From a virus, in the IMG/VR virus record IMGVR_UViG_3300045257_000207, positions 1 through 64,000 of that record: DNA of 64,000 nucleotides, one strand, 5' to 3'. This document shows positions 37,173 to 44,577 of this stretch, piece after piece (positions within the stretch are counted from its first letter, which is position 1; every line of letters begins with the position of its first letter). The notes beneath the pieces were generated by a model. That model searched no databases. It saw only the letters and a list, made by a program, of their open reading frames with translations, and was not told the DNA's origin. Made by a program: the position numbers and the translations under genes.

Positions 37173-37454
37173 TCAAGGTCGCTTTTCTACCGAATTCAAC
37201 ATTGAAATCAGATCATTCGCAATGGCAATCTGTTGGGTTGCGAAGAAGACCGGCCCGCGTTCGATTTCGTTGATAATGTACGAAAAATCATTCTGGGCAG
37301 CATAAAGCACTGTGCCCTTCACGTTTTTTGTATCATTGGTACGATGCCGATAAGCGTCACATGCTTCTTTGAACTTATGCGAAAGGAACTGTACGCTCTG
37401 GCGGATTTGATCACTGTTCAGTGACTTACTGTTGCTGCTGTTAACGTTGCTCAT
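37173..37454 (-). CDS. Hypothetical early protein
   Basis: 93-aa ORF between a sigma70 promoter and a terminator. Confidence 0.6.
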   Translation of the reverse strand: MSNVNSSNSKSLNSDQIRQSVQFLSHKFKEACDAYRHRTNDTKNVKGTVLYAAQNDFSYIINEIERGPVFFATQQIAIANDLISMLNSVEKRP

Positions 37455-37511
37455 GAAATTACCATATTAGGTAATGGCTGCCCTGAATCGGGATGAATCA
37501 GGTGAATTGTC

Positions 37512-37540
37512 ATTCTACTCGTACCCATTTTACGTGTCAA
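37512..37540 (-). promoter_or_regulatory. Sigma70 promoter TTGACA-17-TAGAAT
   Basis: TGTCAA at 37535-37540 and ATTCTA at 37512-37517 on +. Confidence 0.75.
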
Positions 37541-38234
37541 CAGTTTTCCAATTATTTGATATTATCGGGTGAGTTATGTTATGCGGTTTCGGTATCCCGT
37601 GAAAGCAAATGACACTAGCCCCGTTGGGGATGCCAACGATTTCTCTGGGGTTACGATTCCTGCAACAATGTTTCTTGAAAGACACGAACTTACGCGGAAA
37701 GAGAGTTTGAAACCTATCATATTCCCCACCAAGACACTGCTTAATCCACGTTTGATCGCCGGTAGGAGTATTACGCATCACACTGGTCGGGTCTTCCATG
37801 AACTTCTGATAGATGAAGTCATACTCTCCACCGACAAATTTCATAATTCCGCTCCCAAGATTTTCTGCCACATAAAAGTCTTCAAGAGCCACCAACCGGG
37901 TTGTATTCTTTTCAAAAACGAAGTCTAAACTATTAACAATTACCGTATCAAGATCGAGGAAAAATATGTTACAACGAGCGAAGGTTGGCTGGTTGAACAA
38001 CTCCATCTTGCTCCACCAGCCGGGTAAATCATCTTTCAGTGGGATCACTTTATCGACAGACGTATCGAACGCCTGTGTAGTATCTGTTAAGCAGACGAAT
38101 TCGTAGAGGATGTTAGTTAAATGACGCTTACAAGCCAATGCCAAAACATTAACGTATTCAACATCATAGGTACTACCACCAGTTTTAAGAACACAGACGA
38201 CTAGATTTTTTTGTGTTATGAAATTTTGCGACAT
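37530..38234 (-). CDS. GT-A fold glycosyltransferase
   Basis: VVCVLKTGG, FVCLTD, GWWSKMELF, FFLDLDTVI (DxD), GDQ.WI and CFHGIPKPH motifs. Confidence 0.85.
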   Translation of the reverse strand: MSQNFITQKNLVVCVLKTGGSTYDVEYVNVLALACKRHLTNILYEFVCLTDTTQAFDTSVDKVIPLKDDLPGWWSKMELFNQPTFARCNIFFLDLDTVIVNSLDFVFEKNTTRLVALEDFYVAENLGSGIMKFVGGEYDFIYQKFMEDPTSVMRNTPTGDQTWIKQCLGGEYDRFQTLFPRKFVSFKKHCCRNRNPREIVGIPNGASVICFHGIPKPHNITHPIISNNWKTVDT

Positions 38235-38803
38235 GGTGTTCCGATATATGTCCCCCGCTCGTGAATATTCTTAACTACTCCGGCATTCAATCCAATCGTT
38301 ACATCATCGCAGATAACAAGTTTTTCTTTAGCACACGAGTTCGTCCCGAAATACACGCGATGCCCGATATCACAATTCCCGGAAATGGCGACATGTGGTG
38401 CTGTGGTGAAAAAATCGCCTATAACACAATCATGTCCGATAGTGGTCTGTAGGTTCAGATGAGCATGTTTACCGATGATAATGTTGGTGGTCAGTATCGA
38501 CCCAGCACAAACGATTGAACCTTCCCCGAGAATTAAATCGTCTAGGACGATAACACTGGGGTGAATGAACGTATCAAAAATAGTGTTCGGTGGTAACCTG
38601 TTGACCATAGCTTGGCGTTTGGCAGGATCACCAATTGCCACCAAAACCTTACAGGACGTGACATCTAAGGATGACAGTGGTTTGGCATCATCGGTGCAAT
38701 ATTCGTCGTCTACATAGAACTCTATGACTCCTGCAACATGATATTTCATGTGGTGGAACACTTCACGTCCGAACCCTCCGGCTCCAATAATTGCATGTTT
38801 CAT
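38216..38803 (-). CDS. NeuD/PglD-family sugar acetyltransferase
   Basis: IIGAGGFGREV, VAIGDP..R, IHPS, hexapeptide repeats with IGHDC, and YIGTP; ATG at 38803. Confidence 0.92.
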   Translation of the reverse strand: MKHAIIGAGGFGREVFHHMKYHVAGVIEFYVDDEYCTDDAKPLSSLDVTSCKVLVAIGDPAKRQAMVNRLPPNTIFDTFIHPSVIVLDDLILGEGSIVCAGSILTTNIIIGKHAHLNLQTTIGHDCVIGDFFTTAPHVAISGNCDIGHRVYFGTNSCAKEKLVICDDVTIGLNAGVVKNIHERGTYIGTPCRKIS

Positions 38804-40728
38804 GCGACCTTTCCTTTGTTGGTGATCGTTGCGTGCCACGGTCTACTGTTGACTTCACAGTATACATCCAACGCGGCCCCAATATCTAGTTGAGTTACTT
38901 TATCTTGATACGTCTTGTGGAATTTGTCGATCAATACCTTGGCAACAAAAGAACAGGCATAAAGTACGACCGGTTTATCGAGTTCATCGATTAATAGTTT
39001 CGTTCTAGCGTGAATTTCATCGAAATGATTCCACACGGCATCAGGATGAGTTACGACCAACCTAAGAGGAAAATGTTTGTTCAATTTTGACATATATGCT
39101 GGCCCAACGATGATCACGTTGCGACCTTTCAATAGTTCAAAAACCTTCAATAGTGATCCATCGATAGACATTTTGGCGAAAAGTCCACCATCAAAGACCT
39201 GCAATTTTGACATATATGGTAGAATTTGTTCCATCATATACGGCTTTTTCATAACTTCCGAAGAGATTCCGATAGGGTAGTCAATTGTCGATTGAATGAT
39301 CGGCATTATATTGGCATCTACAAATTTCTGCCCAGACTCTTTCCATTTTGGAAAATGAACATCATATAGTCCATTAGCTTTGATTTTCAGTGCAGCAATC
39401 CATTCGCCATCATTGTAACGTGCCAGTGAAAATGGGGTCTGTGTTTCAAGATTAGTGAAAATGAATTGGTAAATATCAGGTTCGATAATCGAGACTTCAC
39501 GGCCTATCATTGGGGACGTGCAAGCGGGCTTTAGACGAAAAATAGTGCTTTCGTGGTCGTACTCTGGACATACTGTCCTGTAGTTGTTCATGCTCCGTCT
39601 ACTATTAATCTCATCTACAAAATCGAAAATTTTCTGCTGCTGATTTTGATATGAAAATACCTGTACTGAGTGATCTTGGATTTTTTGTGACATTGACAAT
39701 AGCAAATCCCGATCATCATATAATGTTTTTATGTGTTTAACGATTTGATTGTAACCCTCTGAAGGTATGATTTGCAACATATCTTCTGTGTATTGGAAAT
39801 GCTTGTTCGCTCGGTGAACATCGGTCGTAAGTAGTACGACGCCCTGTAGTGCTGCTTCTATTCCTAATGGCCAACCATTGAGTGCCGCTCCATTTTCTAC
39901 GTTGATTAGAATGTCTATTTTCTCATGGTAGAAGGAGTCAAGATCAGATTGTGACATCGGTTTTAGGAATGTCATTGGGAGCAAAGATTTGGTTAAACCT
40001 GCGGTGCTTCCGATGAAGACGAATTCGATATCATCGTTCGGGTGAAGTTTTTTGTATGTCTCAGCAACGGTTGCATATGAATTGCTGCCTTTATGAACAC
40101 CTTGTCCCATAGTGGCAAAACAAACTCGTAACGTTTTATCATTGCGACGTTTTCTTGATATAGTGTGGTGTTGGGGGAGCAAACTGCTACCGTATACATT
40201 AACGTAACTTTTTATGCCGTGTTGTCGCACGTCAAATGTGCAAAATGGCTGAGTACATACAACATTAATGTTCTTCGGAAGATCGACTAACGATTTGGGA
40301 CTGGAGTATCCTCCGCCCGGATACAGGTGAATTATTTGCTTCTCAGGAGGCGCTCTAAACTCCGCCTTAAATCTGTTATACGATGAAAGGAAGATGTGGT
40401 AGATGGTATCGTATTGTCCAATATTGAAAGTTTCCGACAACGTGTACATGTAACTTTGGCTACATTTATGATTGAACCTCATACCGTTGATTTTGGTGTT
40501 GTATTTGTTTAGATAATTGTATCGCGGGTCAAAAATCAAAATGTTGTATCGATCAAGACCATAATATTCTCTCATGATATCATGATCAACCTCATAGCTC
40601 ACTCCGGCAAAGTAATCGACTTTGCTCACTAAAATATCGGCGTCCCCTGCATCGATAAATGCCTTTATCTCTTCAATGCGCCATTTGGCGTATTTGGAAG
40701 GAAACAGAACATCATTGATCAAGATCAT
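38800..40728 (-). CDS. GT4-like glycosyltransferase fused to a GT-D-fold (DUF1792-like) domain
   Basis: HKG, GWPLGIEAALQG..LLTTD (GT-B); FSLARYNDGE, VIIVGP and LDIGAALD (GT-D). Confidence 0.75.
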   Translation of the reverse strand: MILINDVLFPSKYAKWRIEEIKAFIDAGDADILVSKVDYFAGVSYEVDHDIMREYYGLDRYNILIFDPRYNYLNKYNTKINGMRFNHKCSQSYMYTLSETFNIGQYDTIYHIFLSSYNRFKAEFRAPPEKQIIHLYPGGGYSSPKSLVDLPKNINVVCTQPFCTFDVRQHGIKSYVNVYGSSLLPQHHTISRKRRNDKTLRVCFATMGQGVHKGSNSYATVAETYKKLHPNDDIEFVFIGSTAGLTKSLLPMTFLKPMSQSDLDSFYHEKIDILINVENGAALNGWPLGIEAALQGVVLLTTDVHRANKHFQYTEDMLQIIPSEGYNQIVKHIKTLYDDRDLLLSMSQKIQDHSVQVFSYQNQQQKIFDFVDEINSRRSMNNYRTVCPEYDHESTIFRLKPACTSPMIGREVSIIEPDIYQFIFTNLETQTPFSLARYNDGEWIAALKIKANGLYDVHFPKWKESGQKFVDANIMPIIQSTIDYPIGISSEVMKKPYMMEQILPYMSKLQVFDGGLFAKMSIDGSLLKVFELLKGRNVIIVGPAYMSKLNKHFPLRLVVTHPDAVWNHFDEIHARTKLLIDELDKPVVLYACSFVAKVLIDKFHKTYQDKVTQLDIGAALDVYCEVNSRPWHATITNKGKVA

Positions 40729-41729
40729 AAATTGTTCTTGTCAATGGCAGCACATATAAATAAAATCTCATCGCACGTCATGTCTTCATTTAAAGGAAAA
40801 TTGATGATACGATCATACAGATTCTTTGAGTTGGGGAAATCGGCTAGCGGATTGTAATATTTGTTGGCCTCTATTCCGAGATTTCTAAAGACTGAAGGTT
40901 CGATAGGATTCTTGAAAACGACAGGAATATTGCCGTAGAACACATTAGAACTATCATTGAATAGCTCAGCATTTGTCAAACTATGTCTGAACAAGTCTTG
41001 ATGGGCTTGATGCCGATCCAGATCATAGCTTTCTAGGTGTTGCAGAATGTACGCAGCGGCGACATCAGACATTTTGTAGTTCGATGCTGCTACATCATGA
41101 GTTCTGGCACCTAAACGGAACCCGAACCCGCACAGAGCTTGCATATCGTCATACATGGTATCGTCAACAACCATGAAGCCGCCTTCACCGAAACCGAGAA
41201 ATTTGGTATGATGTAATGAGCCAAATGACGCGTCCCCTAAGAGGCAAATGTTAATACCATCCTCGGTTTTGCTCATAAATGATGATGCGTTGTCATAGAT
41301 GACGATTTTATCAGGAAATTGACTTACGTCAAAATCTACCACGGAGCCGAACAAATTTGTGATGATGATACCATCCGCATCTTGAATAGCGGTAGCATGT
41401 AACGTATATGTTGTTGGATCAATATCCACAACACGCGTATTTGAATGGTTCATCAAACAGCTTGGGAAGGTAAATGATGGAGTAACCCATCTTAACGTTC
41501 TGCAATTGAGCTTATCGTAATAGGCTATCAAAGCATGTAGAGCGATTGTCCCGTTAGCTACGCACAAGACACGTTTGTTTGCCGGAAGGCATATCATCTG
41601 TCCGATTTTATCTTCCAATAATGCCTTTACTGGCCCGGCATTAGTGTAATGGTTTTTGCTTTCGCATATGGCTAGAAGTTCGTTAATACGAACGTGATTT
41701 ATGGACTTGCGCTGAATATACGGAATCAT
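40725..41729 (-). CDS. DegT/DnrJ/EryC1/StrS PLP-dependent sugar aminotransferase
   Basis: NGTIAL, TPSFTFP, YDNASSF, SLHHTK.LG.GEGG (Schiff-base Lys) and NYKMSD motifs; GATAAATA on - at 41751-41758. Confidence 0.92.
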   Translation of the reverse strand: MIPYIQRKSINHVRINELLAICESKNHYTNAGPVKALLEDKIGQMICLPANKRVLCVANGTIALHALIAYYDKLNCRTLRWVTPSFTFPSCLMNHSNTRVVDIDPTTYTLHATAIQDADGIIITNLFGSVVDFDVSQFPDKIVIYDNASSFMSKTEDGINICLLGDASFGSLHHTKFLGFGEGGFMVVDDTMYDDMQALCGFGFRLGARTHDVAASNYKMSDVAAAYILQHLESYDLDRHQAHQDLFRHSLTNAELFNDSSNVFYGNIPVVFKNPIEPSVFRNLGIEANKYYNPLADFPNSKNLYDRIINFPLNEDMTCDEILFICAAIDKNNL

Positions 41730-41737
41730 AAATCACC

Positions 41738-42499
41738 TTATTGGATGTGATATTTATCATTCTGATTTCGTATTAGACAGTAATCTTGCTCTGATCCGGG
41801 GGAAAACCACGGTCTCGTGCATAATCCGGCCCAACCATCTAGAGTTGCTCCAAAATCGATGGCGATCTTCCTGTATGATTTCATTATGACGCCTATATCC
41901 TTCCCGTAAAGACTTGCTCCAAACAAGACAATATCGTCTTGGATCAATTTCAAAGAATCCAGCATCGTTTCGCGGTGATTGTCAATTTGTGTGTAGGTAA
42001 CATGAGTCTCTAATAGGCGTTCTATTTCATTATTTTGTAGCTGTTCTACGTTTGGTGATATGATATTAACCGACCTACCCTGTAACAGTTGTTTGAAACT
42101 GTGAATGTCTCCGAAAAGTCTATTACGGGTTATTTGGTGATCACATACCAACACGGCAGCGTTCTTGATCTTATCCATCGGAAGCGACCATTTTCGCTCA
42201 TCGTATTTGAGCTTTTTGCATATGATGTTATTTGGATCGAGTAGTCCAATGATATCTGAATCCAAAGCAGAAGCCAAAATATTACAAATGTCAGTTCTGA
42301 CTTTATCGAAATCTCCGGGCCATGCGTAATTCCACAACTGACAGACTTTCTGTTGTAATGCTATGGGCACATTATTGTTCAGAAAAAAGATTTCAGCATC
42401 ACCGAAACGTGTTAAGCAAAACGGCGTTAGTGTTCTAATTCTCTCATGAATTATTTTATAAACGTCATGGTCTGATACGGATGGTATGAGATACTTCAT
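41738..42499 (-). CDS. GT-D-fold glycosyltransferase-like protein
   Basis: PFCLTRFGDAE, SDIIGL, IVLFGAS.YGK and AIDFGATLD motifs. Confidence 0.7.
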   Translation of the reverse strand: MKYLIPSVSDHDVYKIIHERIRTLTPFCLTRFGDAEIFFLNNNVPIALQQKVCQLWNYAWPGDFDKVRTDICNILASALDSDIIGLLDPNNIICKKLKYDERKWSLPMDKIKNAAVLVCDHQITRNRLFGDIHSFKQLLQGRSVNIISPNVEQLQNNEIERLLETHVTYTQIDNHRETMLDSLKLIQDDIVLFGASLYGKDIGVIMKSYRKIAIDFGATLDGWAGLCTRPWFSPGSEQDYCLIRNQNDKYHIQ

Positions 42500-43269
42500 A
42501 TTTTTACAGGAAAGGCTCGCAGAAGTTTCATGTCGTCGAATTTATCCGGGAGGAAATAGTTCAATTTGATTAATTCATCGAGAGATAGTTTATTATGTAT
42601 TTGAACAAAGGATTGTTTGGCGTTCTGAGATGCGAAATAGTCGTGGAATTTTATATCATCACCTGATAACTTTTCATCAAATTTAACCCATGTAGCGGGA
42701 ATGTTGTATGCATGTGCAACGATAAGGCCATGGAGGGAGCTACTAACAATACGCTCGCATTCGAGCATCTGATCGATGACTTGTGTTACATCTTGATTAA
42801 TGGTCGAAATGACCTTTACCTCGCCCTCGGGATACCAAGGCGAAACCTGATTGAAATTGACATAATGAGGTATGATTCCTACTTTGTACTTTTTCGATAT
42901 CGACGGGGTATACACTCTAGGAAGTAACAGAGCGGGGTCGCCGAAAATATGAGGGCATCGTATACCACGAGCCTTAAGGATTTCATATGTCAATGGGCCT
43001 CGCACTGCAAGATAGGTCGAATGTAGAGATGCTATGGTGGACTGACTCATACAACCAGACCCCCACACCGTTGTCCTTGGAGTGGTTTTCTCGATAATGC
43101 TCCCTATGCCTAGCAAGACTTTGCTAGGGTTATCGATAAGAGGGGTGTGTCGTGCGGTATACTTGAATAGACGTTTAATCAGCCACGGGGTTAATATGTC
43201 ACCAAAGTTGCCCGGTAATGGCGTTCTTGACCACCATACATTAATGATTTTGTTGTTGCTATCAATCAT
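42496..43269 (-). CDS. Polysaccharide pyruvyltransferase (ExoV-like)
   Basis: NFGDIL, IGSI, VWGSG, AVRGPLT, GDPALL, GIIPH, SSSLHGLIVAHAYNIP and KFHDY motifs. Confidence 0.92.
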   Translation of the reverse strand: MIDSNNKIINVWWSRTPLPGNFGDILTPWLIKRLFKYTARHTPLIDNPSKVLLGIGSIIEKTTPRTTVWGSGCMSQSTIASLHSTYLAVRGPLTYEILKARGIRCPHIFGDPALLLPRVYTPSISKKYKVGIIPHYVNFNQVSPWYPEGEVKVISTINQDVTQVIDQMLECERIVSSSLHGLIVAHAYNIPATWVKFDEKLSGDDIKFHDYFASQNAKQSFVQIHNKLSLDELIKLNYFLPDKFDDMKLLRAFPVKI

Positions 43270-43283
43270 CTTGTCTGGCAACC

Positions 43284-43931
43284 TTATAGGTACTTCTCTA
43301 CTACTATTTTTGGGAAGCAAAGTAACCGACTTTCAATCGAACAGTTAATGACTTCGATATTTCTATCTGCCAACGGTTTAGCCATCGACTCGATGCATGG
43401 TATGAAACTGTTGGTGTAAATATCTCGGTGAACCGGTAAAGTTTGTAAATCGTGCCAATGGCTCTTTTTGTTGATATGACACATGTCGAATCCAAGCAAG
43501 AGGATACGTTTAGGTTTCATATTTGCAATCAAATTCAACGCATGCGCTCCACTATTGTTCCCATGCACGTTGTCTCTGTTGTCGTCTAATCCAAATATAC
43601 CGGTACGTCTAAGGTAAGTACATCCAACGATTCCTTTACTGTGCGCTAACATAGCATCTGTTACATTGAATCTTGCCATAAATCGACGTTTACATGGATG
43701 TCGAACTAGGTTATCATAGTTCTGTGCTGCCCACGGCTCATCACACCAATACAACACACTCGCATTAGGTAATTTCAGATATGCAGAATTGATCGCTACT
43801 GTCACTTTATCATGGAGCAGACCGAAGTCGAAATTGGTGAGACTAGAACCACCTCCAACGATGAACACGTCCTGTTGGAAGGTCAGCTTGAACAGTTTTT
43901 CAATTTCTTCACGCATCGACATGGCTCTCAT
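43284..43931 (-). CDS. Maf/DUF115 (MptE-like, GT29-related) nucleotide-sugar transferase-like protein
   Basis: VFIVGGGSSL, VAINSA, NSGAHALNL, ILLLGFDM, HWH and VINCS motifs. Confidence 0.7.
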   Translation of the reverse strand: MRAMSMREEIEKLFKLTFQQDVFIVGGGSSLTNFDFGLLHDKVTVAINSAYLKLPNASVLYWCDEPWAAQNYDNLVRHPCKRRFMARFNVTDAMLAHSKGIVGCTYLRRTGIFGLDDNRDNVHGNNSGAHALNLIANMKPKRILLLGFDMCHINKKSHWHDLQTLPVHRDIYTNSFIPCIESMAKPLADRNIEVINCSIESRLLCFPKIVVEKYL

Positions 43932-43954
43932 AAATAATCACACCTCTATTTAGA
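43929..43954. promoter_or_regulatory. Face-to-face late promoter boxes
   Basis: CATAAATA on + at 43929-43936; TCTAAATA on - at 43947-43954. Confidence 0.6.
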
Positions 43955-43962
43955 CAAGAAAA

Positions 43963-44490
43963 ATGATACCTACCCTGTCACATGAATGTAGTCAGTTCCT
44001 TGCCGACTCTAAAGGAAACCCGATCTTGAAGCATTTGCCCATACCGGGACAAGGCTTTCGAAGAGTAAAGGTACGGCAAAAAAAACATATCGATCAATTC
44101 AGTAGCACATTCAGTGAAGCGTTCTATCAAGAGCGCAAAAATCTGTTGCGACGCGCTGTCATAGCTCGTAACGAAAGCACACTTTTGCCAGCCCCTCCGG
44201 GAATGGAACCATTTTACGTGTTTCCTCGTAATGGATTTCGGTTCATGTATTGCCAAAACCCGGAAGTAACGACTGAAGCGTACAAGGACATTTTGACTCA
44301 GATGATCAAGGCCGTTGGTACCGAATCCGGCCTATCGGTTTTTCATGAAGTAGTCAAATATCAATATACTTTTTCTGACTTGGATTGTGGTATCATGAGT
44401 GGTGCCGAAGTGATTTTTTATCAAATACCTTGGTATTACGCCATCCGAAAATCATTGGTACTAGACTACCAAAAATTTATATACACTTAA
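43963..44490 (+). CDS. Hypothetical protein
   Basis: 175-aa ORF downstream of a late promoter box. Confidence 0.6.
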   Translation: MIPTLSHECSQFLADSKGNPILKHLPIPGQGFRRVKVRQKKHIDQFSSTFSEAFYQERKNLLRRAVIARNESTLLPAPPGMEPFYVFPRNGFRFMYCQNPEVTTEAYKDILTQMIKAVGTESGLSVFHEVVKYQYTFSDLDCGIMSGAEVIFYQIPWYYAIRKSLVLDYQKFIYT

Positions 44491-44577
44491 CCTGTTGATA
44501 TCCTTGTCAATTGTCGGTTAAGTGTCTGCGTCGAATAAATAAAAAATAACAAGAAAATTTCATAGCGGAGAGAAATA

